This document shows, one piece after another, positions 1 to 13,357 of a stretch of DNA of 64,000 nucleotides. The stretch spans positions 240,188,001 to 240,252,000 of the forward strand of contig OZ024740.1 in NCBI GenBank assembly GCA_964016885.1, given 5' to 3'. A model generated the notes under the pieces. It had not been told where the DNA came from and did not search any database. It saw only the letters and a list, made by a program, of their open reading frames with translations. This stretch comes from Eledone cirrhosa (Eukaryota). The stretch's first letter is position 1. Every line of letters starts with the position of its first letter. A program made the position numbers and the translations under genes.

Positions 1-136
1 TTTTAATATATATTTAGATTCATTGTTTCAGCTTACCACTGAACCACTGTTTGAACTGTTATGCAGATCTGGCAGATCTGGCGGGCCAATTTAGTTCCAT
101 ACGAGTTTGAACATATGATGAATAGTTATTAGCTAT

Positions 137-261
137 TTGCCTTTCATCCTTACGGGGGTCGATAAAATAAAGTATCAGTAATGTACTGGGGTCGATTTAA
201 TTGACTTTCCCCTCCCCCCCCTCCCCAAATAACTGCCTTTGTGCCAATACTGGAAATCAAT
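137..261 (+). mobile_element. 5'-truncated tRNA-type SINE (family A) with 20-bp target-site duplication
   Basis: Family core gcctttcatccttacggggtcgataaaataaagta.cag and 3' end gcc.ttgtgcc...gaaa; flanked by direct repeat atatgatgaatagttattag at 113-132 and 262-281. Confidence 0.85.
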
Positions 262-283
262 ATATGATGAATAGTTATTAGAT

Positions 284-502
284 ATTGTCAGTATCGGTAA
301 AACGTCATACACCATGCTTTGCAGCATAGAGTTATGGTCCTTTATTTTCTGTCTTCAAATCCTGCCGAGGTCAACTTTGCCTTTCATCCTTACAGAGTCG
401 ATAAAATGAAGCACCAATAATGCACTAGGGTCGATTTAATCGACTCCCCCCCCCCCCCCCAATTCAAATTGCTGGCCTTGTGCCTAAAAAGTAGAAACAA
501 TT
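284..502 (+). mobile_element. SINE family A, near full length
   Basis: Degenerate A-box (ttgtcagtatcggta), B-box-like ttcaaatcc, family core, 3' end ggccttgtgcctaaaaagtagaaacaatt. Confidence 0.85.
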
Positions 503-712
503 TTGTAGAGGAAGAATTAAGAAATTCTGTGGTGAATCATTAATGACCCTTCAACCTATTCAGAACGATATCATGTTTGGGCCCCATAAAGATAACCTGG
601 TTGTTTACCTAAGGCGTCTTATTTTCACAGTCATGTATACTAAAACAATCATTTGAAATGTTATCTTACAGTTCTACATACACGCACACTCACACACAGA
701 GATACATACATA

Positions 713-742
713 TCTCTTTCTCACTCACTCTCTCTCACTCTT

Positions 743-782
<40 letters not shown>

Positions 783-946
783 TCTCTCTCTCTCTCTCAC
801 TCTTTCTCTCTCTCTCTCTCTCACTCTCTCTCGCTCTCTCTCTCTCACTCTTTCTCTCTCTCTCTCTCACTCTTTCTCTCTCTCTCTCTCTTTCTCTCTC
901 ACTCTTTCTCTCTCTCTCTCGTTCTCTCTCTCTCTCTCTTTCTCTC
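713..946. repeat. (CT)n microsatellite
   Basis: Direct reading; explains the SL-repeat ORFs 653-964. Confidence 0.95.
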
Positions 947-958
947 CATATATATAGC

Positions 959-1129
959 GAGTGAAATTCCGTTATAACGAAATTCAGAGGTATAAAAAGT
1001 TCGTTGTAACGAAAGGTTCTTTATAACGAGACAACCTAACACATCGAGCAGGTGGCCGGGGATTGGAAAACATGTCGGTATACTGAAAAATTCGTTATAA
1101 TGGTATTCGTTATAACGAAATTTTACCTA
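959..1129. mobile_element. Tc1/pogo (Tigger-like) MITE remnant
   Basis: Imperfect TIRs gagtgaaattccgttataacgaaa / ttcgttataacgaaattttacct with internal cgttataac repeats. Confidence 0.65.
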
Positions 1130-1190
1130 TGTATACATATAAAGAGAGAGAGAGAGAGCGAGAGCGAGAGAGAGAGGGGGGAATGATTTC

Positions 1191-1230
1191 TACAGGACTA
1201 GAACTGTTTCATTCGTGTGAAATCATCAGG
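1191..1230 (-). ncRNA. Hammerhead-like core remnant (PLE terminal repeat fragment)
   Basis: Minus strand cctgatga-tttcacacgaat-gaaacagttctag next to (GA)n; near-identical copy at 62701-62740. Confidence 0.45.
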
Positions 1231-1330
1231 AATTGTTGTATTTATTGTTTATTTAGTCCAGTAACGTCAGACTTTGGAGTTGCCCAAGTATACTAGTGGT
1301 TCTTTATACATATATTAACGAAGATTTTGT

Positions 1331-2100
1331 ATGGTGGGGGTTGATTGGTGGTGGTGGTGGTGGTGGTAGTGGTGGTGGTGGTGGTGGATTGGTGCTGGTG
1401 GTGGTTGTGGTGGTCGTGGTAGATTGGTGATGGTGGTTGTGGTGGTGGTGGTGGTGGTGGTGGTGGTTGTAGTGGATTTGAGGTGGTGGTGGTGGTGGTG
1501 GTGGTGGTGGTGGTGGTGGTGGTGGTGGTTGTGGTGGTAGTGGTGGTGGTGTTGGTGGTGGTGGTTGTGGTGGTAGATTGGTGATGGTGGTAGTGGTGGT
1601 TGTGGTGGTGGTGGTGGTGGTGGTGGTGGATTGGTGGTAATGGTAGTGGTGGTGGTGTTGTTGGTGGTGGTGGTGGTGGAGGTGGTGGTCGTGGATTGGT
1701 GGTGGTGATAGTGGATTGGAGGTGTTGATGATATTTGTGGTGGTGGTCGTCGTATTGGTGGTTGTGGTGGTGGTAGTGTTTCGTGGTGGATTGCTGGTGG
1801 TGGTGGTGGATTGGTGGTGGTGGTGGTAGTGATTGTGGTGGTGGTGGTGGTGGTGGTGGTGGTGGTGGTGGATTGCTGGTGGTGATGGTGTTGGTGATGT
1901 TGATGGTTATGGTGGCGTTGGTGGTGGTGGGGGAGGTTTATTGGTGGTCGTGACGGTTATAGTGGTGTTGGTGTGTGCGTGGGGGATGGGGGTATTGGTG
2001 GTAGTGATGATGGTGCTGATGGTGGTGATGGTGGTGGGTTGGTGGTGTTGATGGTATTGGCGGTGGTGGTGGTGGTATTGGCGGTGGTGGTGGTGGTGGT
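1331..2100. repeat. Degenerate (GGT)n microsatellite
   Basis: Direct reading. Confidence 0.95.
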
Positions 2101-2239
2101 GGTCGTTGTCGTCGCTGTCAACGTCCTCTTCATCATTAACTACGCCGTATCCATAGTTTTTAGAAAAGCATTAGAGAAATAAATGTTTAGAAGTGAGATC
2201 GATTGGACACGAGCTACAAACATAGAAATATGGTGATTT

Positions 2240-4592
2240 ATGGTGGTGATGGTGATGATTGGGGGGTGGTGGTGATGGTGGTGGTGATGGTGGTGGTGGT
2301 GGTGGTGATGGTGATGATGGTGATGATGGTGATGGTGGTGGTGGTGGTGATGGTGGTGATGATGGTGATGATGGTGATGGTGGTGGTGGTGGTGGTGGTC
2401 ATGGTGGTGATGGTGGTGATGATGGTGATGGTGATGATGATGGTGGTGGTGGTGATGGTGGTGATGGTGGTGGTGATGGTGGTGGTGGTGGTGGTGGTGG
2501 TGATGGTGGTGATGATGGTGATGATGGTGATGGTGGTGGTGGTGGTGGTGGTCATGGTGGTGATGGTGGTGATGATGGTGATGGTGATGGTGGTGGTGGT
2601 GGTGATGGTGGTGGTGGTCATGGTGGTGGTGGTGGTGGTGGTGGTGGTGATGGTGGTGATGGTGATGGTGGTGGCGGTGGTGGTGATGGTGATGGTGATG
2701 GTGGTGGTGATGATGATGATGGTGGTGGTGATGATGGTGATGGTGGTGGTGATGATGGTGTTGGTGATGATGGTGATGGTGATGGTGATGATGGTGATGG
2801 TGGTGGTGATGATGATGGTGATGGTGATGATGGTGATGGTGATGATGGTGTGATGGTGATGGTGGTGATGGTGGTGGTGATGATGGTGATGGTGATGATG
2901 GTGATGGTGGTGGTGATGATGGTGTTGGTGGTGATGATGGTGATGGTGATGATGGTGATGGTGATGATGTTGATGGTGATGGTGCTGATGGTGGTGGTGG
3001 TGATGATGGTGATGGTGGTGGTGATGGTGATGATGGTGATGGTGGTGGTGGTGGTGGTGGTGGTGGTGGTGATGGTGATGGTGGTGGTGATGATGGTGGT
3101 GGTGATGATGGTGATGGTGATGGTGGTGATGGTGATGGTGGTGATGGTGATGGTGATGATGGTGATGGTGGTGGTGATGATGGTGATGGTGATGGTGCTG
3201 ATGGTGGTGGTGATGATGTTGATGGTGATGGTGCTGATGGTGGTGGTGGTGATGATGGTGATGGTGGTGGTGATGGTGGTGGTGATGATGGTGATGGTGG
3301 TGGTGATGATGGTGATGGTGGTGGTGATGATGGTGTTGGTGATGATGGTGATGGTGATGGTGATGATGATGGTGATGGTGATGATGGTGATGGTGATGAT
3401 GGTGTGATGGTGATGGTGGTGATGGTGGTGGTGATGATGGTGATGGTGATGGTGCTGATGGTGGTGGTGATGATGTTGATGGTGATGGTGCTGATGGTGG
3501 TGGTGGTGATGATGGTGATGGTGGTGGTGATGGTGGTGGTGGTGATGGTGGTGGTGATGATGATGGTGATGATGGTGGTGATGGTGATGATGGTGATGGT
3601 GATGATGGTGATGGTGATGGTGATGATGGTGATGGTGATGATGGTGATGGTGGTGGTGATGATGATGGTGATGGTGATGATGGTGATGGTGATGATGGTG
3701 ATGGTGATGGTGGTGATGGTAGTGGTGATGATGGTGATGGTGATGATGGTGATGGTGATGGTGATGGTGGTGATGGTGATGGTGGTGATGGTGATGGTGA
3801 TGGTGATGATGGTGATGGTGGTGGTGATGGTGGTGGTGGTGGTGATGGTGGTGATGGTGGTGATGGTGGTGATGGTGGTGGTGATGATGATGGTGATGAT
3901 GGTGGTGATGGTGATGATGGTGATGGTGATGATGGTGATGGTGATGGTGATGGTGATGGTGGTGATGGTGGTGGTGATGATGGTGATGGTGATGGTGATG
4001 GTGGTGATGGTAATGGTGGTGATGGTGATGGTGATGGTGATGATGGTGATGGTGGTGATGGTGGTGATGGTGGTGATGGTGGTGGTGATGATGATGGTGA
4101 TGATGGTGGTGATGGTGATGATGGTGATGGTGGTGGTGGTGGTGGTGATGGTGGTGGTGGTGATGGTGGTGGTGGTGATGGTGGTGGTGATGATGGTGAT
4201 GGTGATGATGGTGGTGGGGTGGTGATGGTGATGGTGATGGTGGTGATGGTGGTGGGGTGGTGATGGTGATGGTGATGGTGGTGATGGTGGTGGTGATGAT
4301 GGTGATGGTGATGGTGATGGTGGTGATGGTAATGGTGGTGATGGTGATGGTGATGGTGATGATGGTGATGGTGGTGATGGTGGTGATGGTGGTGATGGTG
4401 GTGGTGATGATGATGGTGATGATGGTGGTGATGGTGATGATGGTGATGGTGGTGGTGGTGGTGGTGATGGTGGTGGTGGTGATGGTGGTGGTGGTGATGG
4501 TGGTGGTGATGATGGTGATGGTGATGATGGTGGTGGGGTGGTGATGGTGATGGTGATGGTGGTGATGGTGGTGGGGTGGTGATGGTGATGGT
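2240..4592. repeat. (GGT/GAT)n mosaic triplet satellite with internal block duplications
   Basis: Direct reading; e.g. the block around 3960-4255 recurs around 4280-4575. Confidence 0.95.
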
Positions 4593-4696
4593 TAGGAGGA
4601 GGAGGAGAAAATGTTTTAATAAAATATACAGAAATTATGTAAAACTATCAAATAGTAATATTCGCAATTACGAATGCCAAAGAGCAATTACGTTAC

Positions 4697-7378
4697 TGGT
4701 GATGATGATGGAGGTGGTGTTGGTGGTGGTGGTGATGATGGAGGTGGTGGTGGTGGTGGTGGTGATGATGGAGGTGGTGGTGGTGGTGGTGGTGATGATG
4801 GAGGTGGTGGTGGTGGTGGTGGTGATGATGGAGGTGGTGGTGGTGGTGGTGGTGGTGATGATGGAGGTGGTGGTGGTGGTGGTGGTGATGATGGAGGTGG
4901 TGGTGGTGGTGGTGATGATGGAGGTGGTGTTGGTGGTGGTGGTGATGATGGAGGTGGTGGTGGTGGTGGTGATGATGGAGGTGGTGGTGGTGGTGGTGGT
5001 GATGATGGAGGTGGTGGTGGTGGTGGTGGTGGTGATGATGGAGGTGGTGGTGGTGGTGGTGGTGGTGATGATGGAGGTGGTGTTGGTGGTGGTGGTGATG
5101 ATGGAGGTGGTGGTGGTGGTGGTGGTGATGATGGAGGTGGTGGTGGTGGTGGTGGTGATGATGGAGGTGGTGGTGGTGGTGGTGGTGATGATGGAGGAGG
5201 TGGTGGTGGTGGTGGTGGTGATGATGGAGGTGGTGTTGGTGGTGGTGGTGATGATGGAGGTGGTGTTGGTGGTGGTGGTGATGATGGAGGTGGTGTTGGT
5301 GGTGGTGGTGATGATGGAGGTGGTGGTGGTGGTGGTGGTGATGATGGAGGTGGTGGTGGTGGTGGTGATGATGGAGGTGGTGGTGGTGGTGGTGATGATG
5401 GAGGTGGTGGTGGTGGTGGTGGTGATGATGGAGGTGGTGGTGGTGGTGGTGATGATGGAGGTGGTGGTGGTGTTGGTGATGATGGAGGTGGTGTTGGTGG
5501 TGGTGGTGATGATGGAGGTGGTGGTGGTGGTGGTGGTGATGATGGAGGTGGTGGTGGTGGTGATGATGGAGGTGGTGTTGGTGGTGGTGGTGATGATGGA
5601 GGTGGTGGTGGTGGTGGTGATGATGGAGGTGGTGGTGGTGGTGGTGATGATGGAGGTGGTGGTGGTGGTGGTGGTGATGATGGTATTTGTGGTGGTGGTG
5701 GTGGTGGTGGTGGTGGTGATGATGGAGGTGGTGGTGGTGGTGGTGGTGATGATGGAGGTGGTGGTGGTGTTGGTGATGATGGAGGTGGTGGTGGTGGTGG
5801 TGGTGATGATGGTATTTGTGGTGGTGGTGGTGGTGGTGGTGGTGGTGGTGATGATGGAGGTGGTGGTGGTGGTGGTGGTGATGATGGAGGTGGTGGTGGT
5901 GTTGGTGATGATGGAGGTGGTGGTGGTGGTGGTGGTGATGATGGTATTTGTGGTGGTGGTGGTGGTGGTGGTGGTGGTGATGATGGAGGTGGTGGTGGTG
6001 GTGGTGGTGGTGATGATGGAGGTGGTGGTGGTGATGGTGGTGATGATGGAGGTGGTGGTGGTGGTGGTGATGATGGAGGTGGTGTTGGTGGTGGTGGTGA
6101 TGATGGAGGTGGTGGTGGTGGTGGTGATGATGGAGGTGGTGGTGGTGGTGGTGGTGATGATGGAGGTGGTGGTGGTGGTGATGATGGAGGTGGTGTTGGT
6201 GGTGGTGGTGATGATGGAGGTGGTGGTGGTGGTGGTGATGATGGAGGTGGTGGTGGTGGTGGTGGTGATGATGGAGGTGGTGGTGGTGGTGGTGGTGGTG
6301 ATGATGGAGGTGGTGTTGGTGGTGGTGGTGATGATGGAGGTGGTGGTGGTGGTGGTGATGATGGAGGTGGTGGTGGTGGTGGTGATGATGATGGAGGTGG
6401 TGGTGGTGGTGGTGGTGGTGGTGATGATGGAGGTGGTGGTGGTGGTGGTGGTGGTGATGTTGGAGGTGGTGGTGGTGATGGTGGTGATGATGGAGGTGGT
6501 GGTGGTGGTGGTGGTGATGATGGAGGTGGTGGTGGTGGTGGTGATGAAGGAGGTGGTGGTGATGATGGAGGTGGTGGTGGTGGTGGTGGTGGTGGTGATG
6601 ATGGAGGTGGTGGTGGTGGTGGTGGTGATGATGGAGGTGGTGGTGGTGGTGGTGGTGATGATGGAGGCGGTGGTGGTGGTGGTGGTGGTGGTGATGATGG
6701 AGGTGGTGGTGGTGGTGATGATGGAGGTGGTGGTGGTGATGGTGGTGATGATGGAGGTGGTGGTGGTGGTGGTGGTGATGATGGAGGTGGTGTTGGTGGT
6801 GGTGGTGATGATGGAGCTGGTGGTGGTGGTGGTGATGATGGAGGTGGTGTTGGTGGTGATGGTGATGGAGGTGGTGGTGGTGGTGGTGGTGATGGTGGAG
6901 CTGGTGGTGGTGGTGGTGATGGTGGAGGTGGTGGTGGTGATGGTGGTGATGATGGACGTGGTGGTGGTGGTGGTGGTGGTGGTGGTGGTGGTGATGGAGG
7001 TGGTGGTGGTGATGGTGGTGATGATGGAGGTGGTGGTGGTGGTGGTGGTGGTGGTGGTGGTGATGATGGAGGTGGTGTTGGTGGTGGTGGTGGTGATGAT
7101 GGAGGTGGTGTTGGTGGTGGTGGTGATGATGGAGGTGGTGTTGGTGGTGGTGATGGTGGTGGTGGTGGCGGTGATGATGGAGGTGGTGGTGGTGGTGATG
7201 ATGGAGGTGGTGGTGGTGATGGTGATGATGGAGGTGGTGGTGGTGATGATGGAGCTGGTGGTGGTGGTGGTGGTGGTGATGATGGAGGTGGTGGTGGTGA
7301 TGATGGAGGTGGTGGTGGTGGTGGTGATGATGGTGATGATGATGGAGGTGGTGGTGGTGGTGGTGATGATGGTCATGG

Positions 7379-7416
<38 letters not shown>

Positions 7417-7743
7417 GTGGTGGTGGTGGTGGTGGTGGTGATGATGGAGGTGGTGGTGGTGGTGGTGGTGGTGATGATGGAGGTGGTGTTGGTGGTGGTG
7501 ATGGTGGTGGTGGTGGCGGTGATGATGGAGGTGGTGGTGGTGGTGATGATGGAGGTGGTGATGGTGATGATGGAGGTGGTGGTGGTGATGATGGAGCTGG
7601 TGGTGGTGGTGGTGGTGGTGGTGATGATGGAGGTGGTGGTGGTGATGATGGAGGTGGTGGTGGTGGTGGTGATGATGGTGATGATGATGGAGGTGGTGGT
7701 GGTGGTGGTGATGATGGTCATGGTGATGATGATGGTCATGGTC

Positions 7744-7779
<36 letters not shown>

Positions 7780-7895
7780 GTGGTGGTGGTGGTGGTGGTG
7801 GTGGTGGTGGTGATGATGATGATGATGATGTAGGCGGTGGTGATGATGACGATGACGATGATGATGACGATGAGGGTGATGAGGAGGAGGAGTAG
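4697..7895. repeat. Minisatellite of (GGT)k-GAT-GAT-GGA units (about 24-36 bp) grading into (GAT)n
   Basis: Direct reading; separated from the previous array by an AT-rich spacer at 4610-4696. Confidence 0.95.
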
Positions 7896-8181
7896 GGTGA
7901 TGGGGTGGGAGGGCTGGGGTAGAAGACAGAAGAAAACACTAATAGAAGACATTTATGAATATTTAAAATGTGAGTTTATGTAATGTGATGGAGTTGATTG
8001 AGAGGAGAATGATAAAAGTCGATATTAACAGTGACAAGATGGCTGACGATGACATATCTAAAGTAGTGGTGGCAACAGAGAGGGGCGGAAAGAGGAGTGA
8101 GGCATTGTTATTCATTAAAAGGTTATAAATAATGCATGATACAAAGGACTAACTATTGATATGAAAAATAATATATGAATA

Positions 8182-8740
8182 TACACACACACACATACAC
8201 ACATAAACTATACTTACACACATACACACATAAACACACACACATACATACATAAACGCACACACACATAAAACAACACAAACATAAACATACACACACA
8301 CATAAACACACACATATACACACACACATAAACACACACACACACACACACATAAACACACACACATACACACACATAAACACACACAAACACACACATA
8401 AACACACACATAAACACACACATAAACGGACACACAATACACACACATATACACACACACGCACACACACAAACACACAGATAAACACACATAAACACAC
8501 ACACATAAACACATAAACACACACACACACACACACATAAACACACACACACACATAAACACACACACACACACATAAACACACACACACATACATGCAG
8601 ACTACATAAACACACAGTCTCACATGCAGACACATAAACACAGACCCACACACACATAAACACACACACATATACACGCAGACTCACACCACACACACAC
8701 ACACATAAGCACATACACATACACGCACACGTACACACAC
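8182..8740. repeat. (CA)n / CACATAAA compound microsatellite
   Basis: Direct reading. Confidence 0.95.
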
Positions 8741-9384
8741 TGGTCTGTTTCGGTCTCATGGAGCTCGAGTATGACCTGACACATGTACTACATGTGCCTC
8801 TCCTTCTGGTCATTGTTCAGCATTTTCAGAACCATCTTCGCACAGATCATCCGCATGCCCAAATCTTCGGTGATAATCTTCCAAATGCTGTCGTGGTTGA
8901 TGCCCAGCTCACTTGCGATCAGTAGGAACCGTCAGCCGACGATCGCCATACACCACTTGTCTCATGCGCTCAACGTTGGCCTCAATCCTGCTCATTGTCT
9001 GCCTTTCGCTCATGGGGGTCATCTTCTATGTCCTTGCGTTCTTCTTTGAATCCTTTGTACCACTAGAAAACCCGTGAACGCGACATCGACTCATCTCCGT
9101 ACACTTGCTGCAGTATTCCGAGTGCTACTGACGGAGTTTTTCTCAGCCAGACCAGAAACTTCAGGTTAGTTCGTTGCTCTGTGCCCATCGCTCGACGGCC
9201 TAAAATTGAGGAGCTATTTACAAAAGCACGTGAAAAAAAAAACATACAATGGCGACAGAGAGTTGAGACCTTAGTTACATCCTTCCCGGATATTACAACA
9301 CAAGGTGATGCAACTTGCTAGTCCCGACCCCACTCATAGCTCATACAGCACACTAAATCCTGTTATTTCTCTGAAACACCTCAA
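8741..9384 (-). mobile_element. Mariner transposon 5' fragment (pseudogenised transposase N-terminus)
   Basis: MGTEQRTNLKFLV...QQVYGDESMSRSRVF then, across stops and frameshifts, ANVERMRQVVYGDRRLT and WKIITEDLGMR.ICAKMV (mariner HTH region); TIR-like gttatttctctgaaacacctc ending near 9384. Confidence 0.85.
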
Positions 9385-10059
9385 CTCTTTTCATATATAT
9401 ATATATGTGTGTGTGTGTGTGTATGTGTGTGTGTGTGTGTGTGTTTGTGTGTGTGCGTGTGCGTGTGTGTGTGCGTGTGTGTGTGTCTATACAAGCATAC
9501 ACACATACATAATTCTATACCCACTCACACACATATATATATGTATGTATGTACGTATATATTTACTATATTTTTTGTTTTAATTGTTAGTAGTGTTTTT
9601 AGTACATACATAATCACAATCACAAACGAGGCTGTTCAGGTAAGAAGTTCGTAGAGTAACCATTTAGCTCTTGGTTAGATCCCACTGCGGGTCACCTTGG
9701 AAAAGTATTTCTCCTATAGCTGCAACTAGTAAAAGAATATATATAAGCAACTACAATATACTGTATATAATGAATATAATATACTCATAAAATTATTAAT
9801 CAATGTATACAGTTCCATCGAAATATATTGGTTTCTTATAGAGGTACTTCGGCAGAAAGGAAAGCAGCTTGTGAGCCACACCTTTCTCAAGAGCGAAATG
9901 TTTAAATATAGGAATGGAAACTGGTTACCTCGCTCTCTAACATTTGCCACAGTTAAGTCTTTGTGCATTTTGTAGAAATTATTGATGTGATGGTGAGTGC
10001 TGAAAGGTTTACAGGTTTAGTTTTATCCTTTTAATTTCTTAGTTCAAACTCCATCAAAA

Positions 10060-10740
10060 TTATATTTGCCTTTCATTCACCCTAAGTCGATAGAATATGT
10101 ATCATTATTATATATGTCAGGGTGGTGGATTGGTAGTATCCGTAGAGAGTCAGACGCCATGCTTTCCAGCATAGTTACGTCCCTTTACAGTCTGAGTTCA
10201 AATCCCGCCGAGGTTAACTTTGCCTTTCATCCATACAGGGTCGATAAAATTAAGTACCAGTAATGTACTTGGTAATTACTGGCCTTGTGCCTAAAGTAGA
10301 AACAATTATTAGATATGCTAATCATAAAGGGAGGTGGATTGGCAGTATCGGTAGAGGGTCGGACGCCATGCTTTGCAGCAAAGAGTTACGGCCCTTTATG
10401 ATCTGAGTTCAAATCCCGCCGAGGTTAACTTTTCCTTTCATCCTTACCGGGTCGATAAAATAAAGTACCAGTAATGCACTGGGGTAATTGCTGGCTTTGT
10501 GCCAAAAGTAGAAACAATTATTAGATATGCTAGGCTAAAAGGTGTGGGATCGACAGAATCGGTAGGGCGTCGGTCAATATACTTAGTGACATATAGTTAT
10601 GGCCCTTTACGTTCTGTGTTCAAATCCTGCCGTGGTTAGCTTTGCCTTTCATCTATACGGGTTCGATAAAATAGAGTACCAGTAATGTACTGGGGTCGAT
10701 TTAATCGACTTTCCCTTTCCCCCAAAATCAGAAAACATTA
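10060..10740 (+). mobile_element. Stack of 3-4 head-to-tail SINE family A copies
   Basis: Copies near 10122-10310, 10330-10522 and 10540-10740 plus a core fragment near 10065-10100, each ending in attatt(a/g)agat(a/g)gcta-like sequence; B-box gttcaaatcc in the full copies. Confidence 0.9.
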
Positions 10741-10810
10741 TGAGATAGGCTATATTTTGTTATGGTATTAGTGGTAGCCATCGAGGATATTAAATATTTA
10801 TATCAATAAT

Positions 10811-10995
10811 TGTTTCTACTTTAGGCACAAGGCCAGCAATTACCCAGTGCATTACTGGTACTTTATTTTATCGACCCCGTAAGGATGAAAGGCAAAGTCA
10901 ACCTCGGCGGGATTTGAACTCAGATCGTAAAGGGACGTAACTATGCTGGAAAGCATGGCGTCCGACCCTCTACCGATACTGCCAATCCACCGCCC
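10811..10995 (-). mobile_element. Full-length SINE family A with 18-bp TSD
   Basis: Direct repeat aatatttatatcaataat at 10793-10810 and 10996-11013. Confidence 0.92.
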
Positions 10996-12384
10996 AATAT
11001 TTATATCAATAATCAACTCTGATTAGATCGAACGCATTCCAAACTTAACTAACATATTTAGAGGTATCATAACTAATGTGTCCATCATCATCCTAGGCCC
11101 GTCATTTGCTGAATGTCATAATTTGAAGAAGGATATAATCGACAAAGGAAAATGGACGATTGAAAACTGTAAAATAAGAAGCTGATATGAATAAGGAAAG
11201 ATCAATAAGTAATCCTTTTAATATCCTTTCTGACTATTTGATTTGCTTCATAATAGGATTCAAGCTTTTATCGAGTGAATAAAGTGTAATATTCCCGTTT
11301 AAGTTCAAATAATATGAAGTTCCGAAAAGCATATTCTACATATCTCTAATATGTATAACTTTACCTCCATAATATTTTAGAGGAAATATACACAGTACAG
11401 GAAGTAGACATCTCGGCATCCCTAAGAGCTACCAATATGAAAATAATCAAGTTGATTAACTTCGCAGTAGAAAAATTAACTCTATCAAACTTTGGCAGAA
11501 AGCCATAAAATTTCAGGATATAGCCGACTGAAGCTAATATGACTGATATTATTTTACCGATCCTAGAAAGATAAAGGTTGCAAGATGAACGCAGTGTGGT
11601 TTGATCTTAAAAGGTAAACCCGTACAAAATTACATTTAATTTAACGTTCTTCCGTTTCTGCCATCCAATGTAGATAATTAAACCACATTGTCATGAAGAT
11701 GGTTAAACTAAAATTAAAATTTGAAATAAACTTAGAAATTCCTTTCCAGACAAATTCTATCTAGCTATTCAAATAATCAAACTAAGAATTTATTTATTTT
11801 AACTACTGACTGTCTGTGGTAAAGGAAATACGTAAGCTCGCCTACCTCGCAGATCCTTTCCTTTCGTCTAGTGGTATATATCCGCTAAAGCCCTACCTGT
11901 TCTGACACTGATCAGAAAAACTAGGACATACACCAGAGCTCAAACCAGACACGTGACGTTGCTCTGCCCCATACTTCTGACAAAGGGCCCAGCGACGATA
12001 CTAAGACCCATACTTCCGGTAAGGGCGCACTGATGCCTATTTAAAAAATCTTAGCTGCTTGAAGCAGAAACTGAAATTCGCTCAGACTAATGGAAATCTA
12101 CCTCTTATTCGACAGCAATAACCAATTCAACTGGAATATTATGTAAAAGCAATATTGATATTTCTTGATTGCAAACGCCGCTTTAGATCGGATAAAACCT
12201 TGAATTGGGTGACTGTAAAATAGGCGGACAAATAATCCTGCAATTTGAAAGTTATCTCATTTTTGTTTTCGCTATAAATTATTCATATAAGATATGACAA
12301 GCAACTTTCTAAAGTCAAAACGTAATCCTTCGTATCAAATATCTACAAACCGTGAAAGATATACTCTAACTCCTTTCATTTATA

Positions 12385-12788
12385 CGAGGGTAATCCCAAA
12401 AGTAAGGTCTCCAAAGCGATGGGGACGCAGATAAACTGTTCGTACGGCTGTTGGCAACACTGTTGTGATTGGTGGTTCCTTCACTCCCAAACAAGCATGA
12501 GCGCGCTTCGCTGGGATGCTCAATCTTGGCTTGGCAGCCGTTGAGAATGGAACTCCCGTTGAACGCTACCGCCAAGTGCGAATTTCGCGCAGTTATTATA
12601 TACGAGGGCAATCCCAAAAGTAAGGGCTTCTTCCGAGGAAAACATGCTTAAAGATCGGCGGATCACTCTGGATGGTTTCTCCATTTTGGTTCCTGAGGTT
12701 TCCCGAAGCACCATCCACAGGATTTTAACGAAAAAGTTGCAATATCGGAAGTTGCAATATCGGAAGGATACTTTTGGGATTGCCCTCG
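12385..12788 (+). mobile_element. Mariner 5' end with a same-family MITE (12603-12788) inserted at a TA
   Basis: TIR (ta)cgagggyaatcccaaaagtaagg at 12385 and 12603; right TIR acttttgggattgccctcg(ta) ends 12788; MELPLNATAKCEFRAVI resembles a mariner transposase start. Confidence 0.8.
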
Positions 12789-13188
12789 TAAATGAAAGTA
12801 ATTAGAGGGGATTAGGTAATAATATGAACGGGTAAATTGCTCACAGAAACTATATCCCAATATTTCGTATACACAAGTCCCGTTTCATTTATTGTTACAT
12901 ATTTTTTAATTTGAGAGAGGATAATTCATAAATATAATGATGGAATTTGGATCACAAATCTTATCTATCTCTTTCTTTTTCCGTCTCTCTCTTTCTCTCT
13001 CTCTCTCTCTTTCATTTTCTCTCCCTCTTTCTCTCCCCCACCCTCTCTCTCTCTCTCTCTCCTATCTCTGTCTATCTATCTTTATCTCTCTTTACAAACT
13101 ATAAAACTATATATGCTTTCTTTTTGTACTGTACAGTGGGTGTTTCCTTCGTACAATACTTTATCCTCATTTTGTATAATATTATGTA

Positions 13189-13357
13189 CCCTATTTCCCG
13201 GCGCCGAAGACGCTTCGTCCTCGAGGACGTACCCTAATTTTGACAACCAAAAATTTGAAGAAAAAATAATAAACAACCTTCGGCCTCCAGGACGCATTGT
13301 AGATTTTTGAGACTTATTTTTGGAAAAAAGTAGCGTCTTCGACGCCGAGAAATACGG
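13189..13357. mobile_element. pogo/Tc2-type MITE with TA TSD
   Basis: TIRs ccctatttcccggcgccgaagacgc / gcgtcttcgacgccgagaaatacgg, TA on both sides. Confidence 0.8.

Noticed and set aside
2203-7952. Long ORFs of up to 1094 aa (poly-V/M, poly-G/D, poly-T/I)
   Set aside because: Stop-free frames are automatic in GGT/GAT triplet arrays; several overlapping frames are open, with no codon diversity, signal peptide or splice context
10190-10210. tRNA genes at gttcaaatccc motifs
   Set aside because: These are B-boxes of SINE heads; no cloverleaf or acceptor stem could be folded
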